In this document: positions 1 to 9,769 of the stretch, piece after piece
Layout: every line of letters begins with the position of its first letter
Position numbering within the stretch: position 1 is the first letter of the stretch
Made by a program: the position numbers and the translations under genes
Assembly: GCA_963724765.1 (NCBI GenBank)
Contig: CAVRVY010000001.1
Coordinates: forward strand, 128,001-192,000
From: an uncultured delta proteobacterium
GTDB taxonomy: Bacteria > Desulfobacterota > Binatia > Binatales > Binataceae
DNA length: 64,000 nt
Direction of reading: 5' to 3'
Notes under the pieces: generated by a model
Told to the model about the DNA's origin: nothing
The model's database searches: none
What the model saw: only the letters and a program-made list of their open reading frames with translations

Positions 1-41
1 CGACGCCCGCAACGGCAGAACGGCCCGGCGGCTGTATCTTT

Positions 42-1088
42 TTGGCGGCTGCGCTCGTCGCCTCCACCACGGCGCTGATCGCTTTCGCGCTCACGCTCGC
101 AATTCCTGCGCGTGCGGCGGCGGACTCCGGCCCGGTACTCGCGGAGGTCGGCAGCCACAAGATCACCCAACAGGAAGTCGACTCCAAGATAAAGATCCAG
201 CTCTACGATGCCCGCAAAGAGGCCCTCGATCAGATGGTGGACGACTATCTGATTCAGCAGGCAGCCAAGAAGGAGAAGCTCAGCATCGCCGACTACGTCA
301 AGCGTGAAGTCGACGACAAGGCGGTGGCCGACGTCAACAACGCGACGGCCAAGAAGTTTTATGACGAGAACAAGGACAAGATTCCAGCGCTGAAGAACGC
401 CGGCTCATACGATAAGATCAAGGATCGATTGATCGCGGCGCTGCGCCAGCGCGACGCCCAGCAGCAGCACGAGCAGCTCCTGGCCCGGCTGCGCAAGGAG
501 GGCGGTGCCAAGATCCTGCTCGAGGCGCCGCGCATCAATGTCAACCTGGGCGCTGCCGGCCATCCCACGCTGGGCCCCAAAAATGCGCCTGTCACGGTGA
601 TCGAGTTCGCCGACTTCCAGTGCCCGTTCTGCAAGCGCTCCGAAGACGCCGTGATGGCTATCCATCAGAAGTACGGCGACCGGATTCAGCTGGTGTTCAT
701 GGATTTTCCGTTGAGCTTCCACCCGCATGCGATGCCAGCCGCCAACGCCGCGCGCTGCGCCGAGGCACAGGGCAAGTTCTGGCAATATCATGACGCGCTG
801 TTTGGCGATCAATCCAAGCTCGAACCCGGCGACCTTAAGGCGACCGCCAAGAAGCTCGGGCTCGACATGACCAAGTTCAACGCCTGCTTCGACAAGAGCC
901 AGTACGACCAGGCGATCCAAAAGGATCTGGAGGAGGGCCACAGGCTCAACGTGAACGGCACGCCGACCTTTTTTATCGACGGGCGCGAAATCGTTGGGGC
1001 GCAGCCGACGGAGAATTTCGTAAGTATAATTGACCAGGAACTTGCCAAGAACGGCGACCACAACAAGAAGACTGCTGCCGCCAAGTAG
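42..1088 (+). CDS. Periplasmic DsbA/thioredoxin-fold protein with SurA-like N-terminal region
   Basis: Signal peptide; EFADFQCPFC (CxxC) and GTPTFFIDG motifs. Start codon uncertain. Confidence 0.85.
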   Translation: MAAALVASTTALIAFALTLAIPARAAADSGPVLAEVGSHKITQQEVDSKIKIQLYDARKEALDQMVDDYLIQQAAKKEKLSIADYVKREVDDKAVADVNNATAKKFYDENKDKIPALKNAGSYDKIKDRLIAALRQRDAQQQHEQLLARLRKEGGAKILLEAPRINVNLGAAGHPTLGPKNAPVTVIEFADFQCPFCKRSEDAVMAIHQKYGDRIQLVFMDFPLSFHPHAMPAANAARCAEAQGKFWQYHDALFGDQSKLEPGDLKATAKKLGLDMTKFNACFDKSQYDQAIQKDLEEGHRLNVNGTPTFFIDGREIVGAQPTENFVSIIDQELAKNGDHNKKTAAAK

Positions 1089-1114
1089 CGGAAATTGTCT
1101 GAGCGTAGGGCCTG

Positions 1115-1152
1115 AAACCGCCGGCTGCGTCGCGGCCGGCGGTTTTCCTTTG
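1115..1152 (+). terminator. Rho-independent terminator
   Basis: aaaccgccggc...gccggcggttt hairpin followed by T-rich tract, just after the DsbA stop. Confidence 0.65.
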
Positions 1153-1351
1153 TTCCGGACGACCTTACCCGCGGCCTGTTCCGCTGCGCGAAGGGGAGTA
1201 ATTCTTTCGGGTCTTTCTCTTTTGAGAGGGGGCTGAGCTTCGGCCGATGAGCGCCGCAGCTTCTTCACCTTTCGTCCCCCTACGCACCGGTTTTCATCAA
1301 CGCTGGCAGCGCGACGCGGATGGTGCGAGAATCGCGCCGGAGAAATTCCCA

Positions 1352-2185
1352 ATGGAGAATCCGAAGCCAGCATCCGGGCCCCCGCGCCCCGTCCGCCGCT
1401 CAGAGAAAAAAGCGCCGCGCACGCTCTGCGTCGATATCGGCGGCACCGGCATCAAGGCCGAGTTACTCGACGAGCGCGGTCGCCCGCTGACCGATCGCGC
1501 TCGCATCCCGACACCGAAGAAAGCGACACCGCATCAGGTGATCGCCATCATCCGTAAGCTGGCCAAAACCGAGGGTGAGTTCGATCGCGTCTCGGTGGGT
1601 TTTCCGGGGGTGACCAAGAACGGCGTCATCTATACCGCGCCCAACCTGGGCAAGGGATGGAACAATTTCGCGCTCGAGCAGAAGCTGCGCCGCGCGCTGG
1701 GACGCCCGGTGCGCCTCGCCAACGACGCTGATGTGCAGGGCCTCGGCAGCGTCACCGGTCACGGGGTCGAACTGATCATCACGCTCGGCACCGGTGTGGG
1801 CTCGGCGATTTTTGCCAACGGCAATCGCATCCACCTCGAGCTTGGGCATCATCCGTTCCACAAGGGCAGGACTTACGAGGACGAGCTGGGCCATCGGATG
1901 CTGCTCAAGAAGGGCAGTAAGTGGTGGAACAAGCGATTGCGGGAAGCAATCGAGGATCTCAAGAATGCGTTCAACTATGACCGGCTTTATATCGGCGGCG
2001 GCGACACCAAGTTCATCCGCTTCGAGCCGCCCGAGGGAGTGAAGATCGTCAGCAACGTGGAAGGGCTGCTCGGCGGAATCAAGCTATGGCAGGAGGTCGA
2101 CGCGAAGCCGGCCTCGGGGGCGGGCGCCAAAACGCCGCGCCCCGTCAAACGCCGGCGGAAGAGGGGCGTCCCGGCGCAAGCGTAG
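1352..2185 (+). CDS. ROK-family sugar kinase (polyphosphate glucokinase-like)
   Basis: VDIGGTGIK, NDADVQG, TLGTGVGS and ELGH motifs. ATG at 1352 preferred over ORF start 1247. Confidence 0.8.
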   Translation: MENPKPASGPPRPVRRSEKKAPRTLCVDIGGTGIKAELLDERGRPLTDRARIPTPKKATPHQVIAIIRKLAKTEGEFDRVSVGFPGVTKNGVIYTAPNLGKGWNNFALEQKLRRALGRPVRLANDADVQGLGSVTGHGVELIITLGTGVGSAIFANGNRIHLELGHHPFHKGRTYEDELGHRMLLKKGSKWWNKRLREAIEDLKNAFNYDRLYIGGGDTKFIRFEPPEGVKIVSNVEGLLGGIKLWQEVDAKPASGAGAKTPRPVKRRRKRGVPAQA

Positions 2186-2328
2186 CACTGGACGAAGCTT
2201 TCGAGGGCCAACGCCGGGCGGCGGCCCGCGGCTTCCAATCGGCGACGTATCGGCGATAGACTCCCGTACGCTCAGCTGACCCGATGCCGGGCCGCCTCAG
2301 ATTCCGTTTAGTCCAGGGAGAGACACCG

Positions 2329-4002
2329 ATGGCCGAAAATCTGCGCAGCAAACTGGTGACCGAAGGCGTCCAGCGCGCGCCCAACCGCTCGATGCTTCGC
2401 GCGGTGGGGTTCCGCGACAGCGACTTCAACAAGCCGATCATCGGCGTCGCCAACGGTTACAGCACGATCACGCCCTGCAACATGGGCCTCGACACGCTGG
2501 CGAAGCGCGCCGAGACCGCAGTGCGCGGCGCGGGCGCAATGCCGCAGATGTTCGGCACGATCACGGTCAGCGACGGGATCGCGATGGGCACCGAGGGAAT
2601 GAAATACTCGCTGGTCTCGCGCGAGGTCATCGCGGACTCGATCGAAACCGCCTGCGGTGCGCAGTCGATGGACGGCGTGATCGCGATCGGCGGCTGCGAC
2701 AAGAACATGCCGGGCGCGATGATCGCGATCGCGCGGATGAACATCCCGGCGATCTTCGTCTATGGCGGCACCATCAAGCCCGGCAATCTCAACGGCCGCG
2801 ACCTCACTATCGTCAGCGCCTTCGAGGCGGTCGGTGAGTACAGCGCGCACAAGATCAGCGAAGCCGAGTTGCTCGAGGTCGAACGCCACGCCTGCCCCGG
2901 CGCCGGCTCGTGCGGCGGAATGTACACGGCGAACACGATGTCGTCGGCGATCGAGGCGATGGGGATGAGCCTGCCGTATTCCTCGACGATGGCGGCCGAG
3001 GACGCCGAAAAGGCCGAGAGCGCCGCGCGTTCGGGCGAGGTGCTGGTCGAGGCGGTGCATCGCGGGCTGTTGCCGCGCCAGATCATGACGCGCAAGGCTT
3101 TCGAGAACGCGATCGCGGTGGTGATGGCGGTCGGCGGATCGACCAACGCCGTGCTGCACCTGCTCGCGATCGCGCACGCCGCCAACGTCCCGCTGAATAT
3201 CGACGACTTCGAGACTATCCGCCAGCGCACCCGCGTGCTGTGCGATCTCAAGCCCTCGGGACGCTACGTGACCACCGAGTTCCATCGCGCGGGCGGCGTC
3301 CCGCAGGTGATGAAGATGCTGCTCGCGCACGGAATCCTCCATGGCGGCGAAAAGACCATCACGGGCCGCACCGTCGCCGAGAATCTGGCCGAGGTTCCCG
3401 AAGCGCCGCGCAAGGACCAGAACGTCATCCGTCAGTGGGACAATCCGATGTACGCCGAGGGCCATCTGGCGATCCTGCGCGGCAACCTTGCGACCGAGGG
3501 CGCGGTGGCGAAGGTCACCGGGATCAAGCATCACGAGATCACCGGACCGGCGCGGGTATTCGATCGTGAAGAGGACACGCTCGATGCGATCCTCGCGGGC
3601 AAGATCAAAAAAGGCGACGTCCTCGTGATCCGTTACGAAGGGCCCAAGGGCGGACCCGGGATGCGTGAGATGCTGTCGCCGACCTCGGCGATCATCGGTG
3701 CCGGACTGGGCGACTCGGTCGGACTGATCACTGATGGACGCTTCTCGGGCGGAACCTATGGGCTGGTGGTGGGCCACGTCGCACCCGAGGCCGCGGTGGG
3801 CGGGTTGATCGCGCTTATAAAGGAAGGGGACTCGATAACGATTGACGGGAACAAGCGCCTGTTGCAACTCAACCTGCCCGAGGACGAGATCGCGCGCCGG
3901 CGCGCGGCCTGGAAGCCGCCCGCGCCACGCTACACCCGCGGCGTGCTGGCCAAGTACGCGGCGCAGGTGTCGTCGGCCTCCCTTGGCGCGGTGACCGACT
4001 GA
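2329..4002 (+). CDS. ilvD: Dihydroxy-acid dehydratase
   Basis: [35 protein letters not shown] and TDGRFSG motifs; GGAG RBS before ATG 2329. Confidence 0.95.
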   Translation: MAENLRSKLVTEGVQRAPNRSMLRAVGFRDSDFNKPIIGVANGYSTITPCNMGLDTLAKRAETAVRGAGAMPQMFGTITVSDGIAMGTEGMKYSLVSREVIADSIETACGAQSMDGVIAIGGCDKNMPGAMIAIARMNIPAIFVYGGTIKPGNLNGRDLTIVSAFEAVGEYSAHKISEAELLEVERHACPGAGSCGGMYTANTMSSAIEAMGMSLPYSSTMAAEDAEKAESAARSGEVLVEAVHRGLLPRQIMTRKAFENAIAVVMAVGGSTNAVLHLLAIAHAANVPLNIDDFETIRQRTRVLCDLKPSGRYVTTEFHRAGGVPQVMKMLLAHGILHGGEKTITGRTVAENLAEVPEAPRKDQNVIRQWDNPMYAEGHLAILRGNLATEGAVAKVTGIKHHEITGPARVFDREEDTLDAILAGKIKKGDVLVIRYEGPKGGPGMREMLSPTSAIIGAGLGDSVGLITDGRFSGGTYGLVVGHVAPEAAVGGLIALIKEGDSITIDGNKRLLQLNLPEDEIARRRAAWKPPAPRYTRGVLAKYAAQVSSASLGAVTD

Positions 4003-4207
4003 ACTGCTGAACCGCGCAACCGCGCGACGGCGGGCTGTCGCCGGTGGCGTGCCGCCCACGGCTCCGCACTGCGACGGTGCGTGAGCGCCAGCCGCAAGCG
4101 CCGTCAAGCCGCGTAACTTGACTTGCTCGAAGCGCGGTCAGTATAACTCGGAGGCCCGAATCAATTCGGCCGAATCGGCACAGAGAAACCTTCTGGGGGA
4201 GGACCGG

Positions 4208-5416
4208 ATGGTGACTGGCTTACAGTGGCGACTACTTCGACTGGCCCCATTGTTTGTGTTGCTCGCCGGGCCGGCCTTCGCCCAGGTTCCCAGCAGCCCC
4301 ACGCTTCAGTTTCCATACACTCAGCCGCCCGCCGAGGGCGTCGGAGTGCTCAAGATGCCGCCGCCCAGTCCGCACTGGGTGCTGATCAATGCCCCACTCT
4401 ACGGTAACTTTATCGTGTCTCAGGTTTACGTGGTCGACGGCGATTCGAGAAAAATTATCGGCATGCTGACGGGCGGCATGATCTCGACGGCGGCGATATC
4501 GCCCGACCATAAACGCATCTTTCTCGGCGATACGTTTTTCTCGCGCGGCACGCGCGGCAGCCGTACCGACGTGATCACCTTTTACGACACGAGCAGCCTC
4601 GAACCGGTGAGCGAGGTCGTAATACCGCCGAAGCGCCAGCTTGCCGGCCCTGATAACCTGCAGCTCGGGGCGACCTCCGACGGGCATCTGCTGCTGGTGG
4701 CCAACATGACCCCGGCGACTTCGATAACGGTGATTGATATCGCGGCGTCGAAGGTGCTCGGCGAGATTCCGATAACCGGATGCGCCGAATTCCAACTCAC
4801 CGGCAACCGGCAATTCGCCTCGCTGTGCGGCGACGGCTCGCTCCTGATGGTGAGTTTCGACGACAGCGGCAAGTCGGTCAGCGAAAAGCGCAGCTCGAGT
4901 TTCTTCGAGCCCGAGAAGGATCCGGTCTACGCAGTGCCGGCGATTATCAAGAGCGAAAACTACTACGTCACTTATCATGGAGTAGTGCATCCGGTTGATA
5001 TGTCGACCGATCCGCCGACCCCCGGTCCGACGTGGTCGCTAACCTCTGATCAGGAGCGGGCGGCGGGATGGAGGCCCGGCGGCAGCCAGCCAATCTGGGG
5101 ACATTCGTCGGACGGTCTCTTGTACGCCCTGATGCATCAGGGCGGCGAGTGGACGCATAAGCAGCCCGGTTCCGAGATCTGGGTATTCAGTGCGAAGGAC
5201 GGCAAGCGCATCGAACGCCTGTCGCTGCCCGAGCCGGCGACCGCGATCTTCGTATCCCCGGACGACAAGCCGCTGATCTTTGCCGCGACCGCCACTGATA
5301 TTTTACAAATTGGCGCGCCGCCATGGTCGCTCCAGATACTATCGGCGGAAAACGGCAGATACCTGGGAAAAATCGACCAGATGGGCGGCTTTCCGTCCAA
5401 CATGTTTGGCCTGTAA
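4208..5416 (+). CDS. TTQ amine dehydrogenase heavy (beta-propeller) subunit, MauB/AauB family
   Basis: Signal peptide; SRGTRGSRTDV, NMTPATSI, WRPGG.QP and H..PGSEIW motifs; lies next to the light chain. Confidence 0.85.
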   Translation: MVTGLQWRLLRLAPLFVLLAGPAFAQVPSSPTLQFPYTQPPAEGVGVLKMPPPSPHWVLINAPLYGNFIVSQVYVVDGDSRKIIGMLTGGMISTAAISPDHKRIFLGDTFFSRGTRGSRTDVITFYDTSSLEPVSEVVIPPKRQLAGPDNLQLGATSDGHLLLVANMTPATSITVIDIAASKVLGEIPITGCAEFQLTGNRQFASLCGDGSLLMVSFDDSGKSVSEKRSSSFFEPEKDPVYAVPAIIKSENYYVTYHGVVHPVDMSTDPPTPGPTWSLTSDQERAAGWRPGGSQPIWGHSSDGLLYALMHQGGEWTHKQPGSEIWVFSAKDGKRIERLSLPEPATAIFVSPDDKPLIFAATATDILQIGAPPWSLQILSAENGRYLGKIDQMGGFPSNMFGL

Positions 5417-5449
5417 CTGGACCGCGCGCAACCGCAGGAGGAATGGATA

Positions 5450-5959
5450 ATGGACGACCTGGTCGAAAGGCTGGCGCGTAAGCTTGCGGCGCAAACCTCC
5501 CGCCGGCGGTTGCTGGGGATGCTCGGAACGGCGCTGCTCGGCGGTGTGGCGTTGCCCCTCCTGCCGGTGCAACGCGTCGCGCGTGCGGCCGAGACTGCGG
5601 ATTCAGCCAACGAACCGGGAGACCAGATGAGCTGCGACTACTGGCGGTATTGCGGCTTTGACGGAAATCTTTGCGGCTGCTGCGGCGGAACGCTCACCGA
5701 GTGCCCGCCGGGATCGATCATGTCACCCACCGGATGGGTCGGCACTTGCAGGCATCCGGTTGACGGCAAGGACTATATAATCGCCTATCGCGACTGCTGC
5801 GGAAAAGAATATTGCGGCCGCTGCGCCTGCCACGGCGACAAGGGCGACCTACCGATCTATCGGACTCAACTCGACAACGAAGTGCTATGGTGCTTCGGAG
5901 TAAAGAGCGGATGGGCGGTGAATTGCACTACCGCGGTCAATCTCGGTGTCAAGTCGTGA
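5450..5959 (+). CDS. TTQ amine dehydrogenase light subunit, MauA/AauA family
   Basis: Tat signal SRRRLL; CDYWRYC; both TTQ Trp residues (GWVGTC, VLWCFG); 14 Cys. Confidence 0.92.
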   Translation: MDDLVERLARKLAAQTSRRRLLGMLGTALLGGVALPLLPVQRVARAAETADSANEPGDQMSCDYWRYCGFDGNLCGCCGGTLTECPPGSIMSPTGWVGTCRHPVDGKDYIIAYRDCCGKEYCGRCACHGDKGDLPIYRTQLDNEVLWCFGVKSGWAVNCTTAVNLGVKS

Positions 5960-6015
5960 AGAGAGGCCCTGTGCAACACCATAGGTGGAGCGCTGCCGGC
6001 TAGAAACATCGGACA

Positions 6016-6050
6016 CGGCCCGCGACAATACGCGGGCCGCTTTCGTTTTT
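6016..6050 (+). terminator. Rho-independent terminator
   Basis: cggcccgcg-acaata-cgcgggccg followed by ctttcgttttt. Confidence 0.7.
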
Positions 6051-6225
6051 GGATACACCTTGTGCTCGGCGGGGTTGGGACGTTTGATTGCCGCGGCGGC
6101 CGCTCAAAATGACAGGTCGAAGTAGCCTGCCGCAAGCGCGCTCCCGTTGGGGGGCCGGGATACTCGCGCGGCTGGGATGGAATCAGCCGACACCGACTCC
6201 CGCGGACCGACGCGCAATCGGTGCG

Positions 6226-7023
6226 ATGAACCACGAGGCGATTTTATACTACTCGCACTTTTGCTCGCCGGCCGTGCGGCGCGAGATCGCGCGACTGCGC
6301 AGCGAACTGGACAGCCAATACGATATATTCGCGGTGGGCTATTGCCGATCCGCCGGCGCCCTCAACGGCATAGACGGCGTTCCTGCGCTGGAATATTCTG
6401 CGGACGATTTGATAGCGCTGCCCTATCCAGGTAAAACTCGACATTTCGATCCGCACAATTTCATCGGGAACGCGGACCTGGTGCCGATGAAGTTTTTCCT
6501 CGATCGGCCAGGCTACGATCACTACTGGATTATCGAATACGACGTGCGCTTCAGCGGCGCATGGCCCGGGTTATTTGCCGGCCTGTCGTCCTCAGCCGCG
6601 GACCTGCTGTGCACGACCATACAAACGTGGACGGAGAATCCGAACTGGGCGCACTGGGGTACCCTGACGACTGGCGGCGAAGACGTGCCGATGGAGCGCC
6701 GGGTAAAGGGATTCATGCCGTTCTGCCGCCTCTCCCATGCACTGCTGGCGGGCTGCGACGCGCGCTATCGCAGGGGATGGGGCGGACACTGCGAAGTCCT
6801 GTGGCCGACCATCGCCAGCCTCGCGGGCCTACACCTGGAGGATATCGGCGGTAACGGCAGTTTCACACCTGCCGAGCGTCGTGGCCGCTATTACCAAAAC
6901 ACTCCCTCTGAATGGTCGCAGTTTCCGGGTACGTTCGTCTATCGGCCCTGCTTCGCCGATCGCAATCTCTTCGGGCCGCAGTGTCATTTCGGCGGCACAC
7001 TCTGGCACCCAGTGAAGGAGTAG
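6226..7023 (+). CDS. DUF3405-like / glycosyltransferase-like protein
   Basis: YDHYWIIEYDVRFSGAW motif and C-terminal HPVK; ATG 6226 chosen. Confidence 0.55.
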   Translation: MNHEAILYYSHFCSPAVRREIARLRSELDSQYDIFAVGYCRSAGALNGIDGVPALEYSADDLIALPYPGKTRHFDPHNFIGNADLVPMKFFLDRPGYDHYWIIEYDVRFSGAWPGLFAGLSSSAADLLCTTIQTWTENPNWAHWGTLTTGGEDVPMERRVKGFMPFCRLSHALLAGCDARYRRGWGGHCEVLWPTIASLAGLHLEDIGGNGSFTPAERRGRYYQNTPSEWSQFPGTFVYRPCFADRNLFGPQCHFGGTLWHPVKE

Positions 7024-7108
7024 GACCTTGCCCGATCGTGTAGGCGAGAGCGAGCCTGGGCCTGGCGCTTCGCGGCCCACGGTCCATCGTCGCGCGGCTA
7101 TGACAGGA

Positions 7109-7306
7109 TCATCTCAGGGCGGGAATGTGCACTCCAGGTATATTGCCAACGAGGCCGAACCCTTGGAGGAGCCATACTACCACTACGAGAAAGACGACGA
7201 TGTTAAGCACGCTCTTGATGCCGGCGGCCATGGGAATGTAGGTGTTTATCAGCCACATCAACAGCCCGACTACAACCAAAACGAGCACGATACTCACTAA
7301 AGTCAT
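7109..7306 (-). CDS. Thivi_2564-like small two-TM membrane protein
   Basis: LVVVGLLMWLINTYIPM...KSVLNIVV...WLL pattern. Confidence 0.75.
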   Translation of the reverse strand: MTLVSIVLVLVVVGLLMWLINTYIPMAAGIKSVLNIVVFLVVVVWLLQGFGLVGNIPGVHIPALR

Positions 7307-7382
7307 GTGCGTACCCTCTAATCCTGCGTCCAGTCTGAATTATGGTTTTTGAAAGTCAAATCGTTTGACTGCAAGAGCCGGG

Positions 7383-7784
7383 TTATTCAAGCGGAGGATC
7401 GGGTGACGTTGCCTGGTAATCGTGTTCCTGGTAGATGGCCGTGACGGGAGGAGGCGAAGGCGCCGGGACTGATTTGACGATGCTCGACTCGCTGTGCTGC
7501 TGGTAAGACGTTGTTGTATCCCCGCTGCCGGATTCCGCGACGGTGTCCGCGCGTGTGGATTTGTACATGCTGGTGGTTCGGGTGGTGGAATTGAAGTCAG
7601 CAGGTTCGGCGCTCGAGGTGGAGGCGGGCGGCATTGTCACCGATGGCGGCGGCGCAACCACCACCGCGGGTTCTTCGGGTACGTAGGTTGTAGTCTTGGC
7701 CTCATGGCTGACGCATCCTGCCGCCAGGAGGGCGTTCAGGAGGACGGTCGCCGACAAGGCCTTGAGAATTGCCGATTTCATCAT
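7383..7784 (-). CDS. Ser/Thr/Pro-rich lipoprotein
   Basis: Lipobox LAAGC; low complexity; overlaps the stop of the BON gene. Confidence 0.65.
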   Translation of the reverse strand: MMKSAILKALSATVLLNALLAAGCVSHEAKTTTYVPEEPAVVVAPPPSVTMPPASTSSAEPADFNSTTRTTSMYKSTRADTVAESGSGDTTTSYQQHSESSIVKSVPAPSPPPVTAIYQEHDYQATSPDPPLE

Positions 7785-8188
7785 GGCTTCTGCCAGGTCA
7801 GCCGATTGTTGACGCCTTTGACACCGTCGATTCCGGCCACCAAAGTGGCCGCGCGATGCACGTCCTCTGGCGAAGCGAGCACGCCGGTGAGCGTAACCCG
7901 CCCGTGGTCGGCGTCGACAGTGAGCGGATAATCGTCGGCCAACCCCTTATTGGCTATTGCGGCCTTGACCTCCACGATAAGGAGCGCGTCCTGGGCGCGC
8001 TCGGCGGGAGAAGAATAATGGTGTGTTGAGGAACTCTGCGCCGACATATTCTCCTGGCGCACGTTCTCGCTAACAGAACTCTGGGCTCTCGCCGTCGCCG
8101 GATGCGCCACGATCGCGACGCTCAGCGCGGCAACGGCGAGCCCGGCCAACAGTGAACGTTGGCTCATGTATCGATTTTTGCTTTGCAT
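7781..8188 (-). CDS. Exported BON-domain (OsmY-like) protein
   Basis: Signal peptide; D......VKAA...V...G.VTLTG...GVKGVNNRL. Confidence 0.85.
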   Translation of the reverse strand: MQSKNRYMSQRSLLAGLAVAALSVAIVAHPATARAQSSVSENVRQENMSAQSSSTHHYSSPAERAQDALLIVEVKAAIANKGLADDYPLTVDADHGRVTLTGVLASPEDVHRAATLVAGIDGVKGVNNRLTWQKP

Positions 8189-8243
8189 CTAACCCCACTC
8201 CGGAGACAGGATTGTGCGCGTCCTGAAACAGGGGATGACCGAT

Positions 8244-8690
8244 CTATCTACCACTCGTAGGCCAGGTCAGGTTGTTCTTGACCATCTCCACGCCACTTAC
8301 GTTCGCGACCACTTTTCGGGCATGCGCGGCCGTCGCCTGCGAATCCACGTTGCCGACGAGCGTGACCGTGCCCTGGTCGGAATCAACATGAATAGTGTAG
8401 TGCTTGGTCACCTGATCAGTCAGCATCGCGGCCTTGACCTTGGTGGTCAGGGTCGCATCGCCAACCTGATCCTTGGTAGCGCGATACGCATGTTTTGCCG
8501 AATCGGCGGCATCGCCAGCGCCGGCCTTCACCGAGGGAGCGCTCGCGACGGCTTGCGCCGAAGCGCCGCTTTCATGTATTTCCTGACCCGCGGCGCTTTC
8601 CTGCGCATGCAAAGGTGGTGAAATACTCAATCCGCCGCCGAGGAGGCCGGCGAGCGCCAGCGTGGTCACTGCTTTTACTCTGATCTTCAT
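8244..8690 (-). CDS. Exported BON-domain (OsmY-like) protein
   Basis: DATLTTKVKAA...IHVDSDQGTVTLVG...GVEMVKNNL. Confidence 0.88.
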   Translation of the reverse strand: MKIRVKAVTTLALAGLLGGGLSISPPLHAQESAAGQEIHESGASAQAVASAPSVKAGAGDAADSAKHAYRATKDQVGDATLTTKVKAAMLTDQVTKHYTIHVDSDQGTVTLVGNVDSQATAAHARKVVANVSGVEMVKNNLTWPTSGR

Positions 8691-8703
8691 TGTTTTCTCC
8701 TCA

Positions 8704-8925
8704 TTACGGACTGCTATTGGTATATGTCGTGGTGTGCTGTCTCTCTACCGTCGCGCTGGTATCGGGAGCGCTGCTGGTGATCGTGGTCGAAGAGGTCGTC
8801 GCCGGCGTATCAACGGCCGGAACCACCGTCCGATGTTCTTCGCTGGAGAAGGAAAAACAGCCGCCCAATACGAAACAGACACTCGCGCTAAAAAGAATCC
8901 GGCCGAACCGGCCTGGATATTTCAT
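8704..8925 (-). CDS. Small Thr-rich lipoprotein
   Basis: Lipobox LGGC; AAGGAG RBS; in-operon spacing. Confidence 0.6.
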   Translation of the reverse strand: MKYPGRFGRILFSASVCFVLGGCFSFSSEEHRTVVPAVDTPATTSSTTITSSAPDTSATVERQHTTTYTNSSP

Positions 8926-9006
8926 TAATGTCATCTCCTTTCCATGGAAAATTATGCGCTCGGCGCGAATGTACACCAACGTCGCGTATTATGCGCCGAG
9001 CGTGAA

Positions 9007-9348
9007 TTACTCAGACGTTGTTTTGTCACTACTTTCGGAGTGCGTCTCTCCGAACGGTCCATAGGTCGTGTTGCTCTTCGAATGTTTCTGCACTGACGGA
9101 GCCGAATCATCCGGCATGTTTGACTCGGTCGTAGTGGTTTCGCTCGAGTTCGAAGACGGAGGACTGACCTCCACGGGCGGGTTGACCGTCGTATTCCTGG
9201 TCACCGTTCTGCTGGTCACGCTCGGCGCGGCTGGAACGTTGGTGACCGTGCTGTCTGATTCCGTCGTGGTCTGGGACCACGCATTACCCGCAACGCCGAG
9301 GGCCACACTAATTGCGGCCGCGGAGATCCATAAGCTTAGAGATTTCAT
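9007..9348 (-). CDS. Secreted Ser/Thr-rich protein
   Basis: Signal peptide ending AWS-Q; AAGGAG RBS. Confidence 0.65.
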   Translation of the reverse strand: MKSLSLWISAAAISVALGVAGNAWSQTTTESDSTVTNVPAAPSVTSRTVTRNTTVNPPVEVSPPSSNSSETTTTESNMPDDSAPSVQKHSKSNTTYGPFGETHSESSDKTTSE

Positions 9349-9560
9349 TCCATTATTCTCCTTTCTATTGAATACGGCTAAATACAATTCATGGATGGTC
9401 GACAGTCATTCGTCCCAGCGGTACTAAACTCACTCCCATCAATCGAGTGTCCTGAGTCTTAAGGTACTCTGCCGCCGTGGTTGTTATCGATCCTGCAACC
9501 TCAGTGTCCATCGGTATACTATCCAAGGTCAATGCTATAAAGGGCACAGTTGGAACATTA

Positions 9561-9576
9561 TGTGCTCCGCAGCACC
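9561..9576. promoter_or_regulatory. Candidate Crp-family operator TGTGC-N6-GCACC
   Basis: 14/16 identical to the site at 39651; upstream of the BON operon. Confidence 0.45.
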
Positions 9577-9769
9577 TTTAGACTGAACATCGCGAAAGTG
9601 CGAGTTGTCGCTCCTTACAAAGCAGGTGACCGACTATAGTACATAGAAGTATTGACTAGGTATGTCCTGGTATTGTGGATAAAAGAAAATCTCCTTCGCG
9701 TTACGGGAACGCGAAGGAGATTCCGCACAACGCCTGGCAGAGGCGCGTGCCTTTGTTGCGGCCTGCTGG

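Noticed and set aside
42-1088. DsbA as a MauD substitute for the amine dehydrogenase
   Set aside because: Separated by a terminator and two unrelated genes; no supporting evidence
2308-4107. 599-aa antisense ORF over ilvD, and many similar long shadow ORFs over the PKS, Crp and IS genes
   Set aside because: Expected from high GC3 codon bias; no motifs, and the opposite strand has the clear gene
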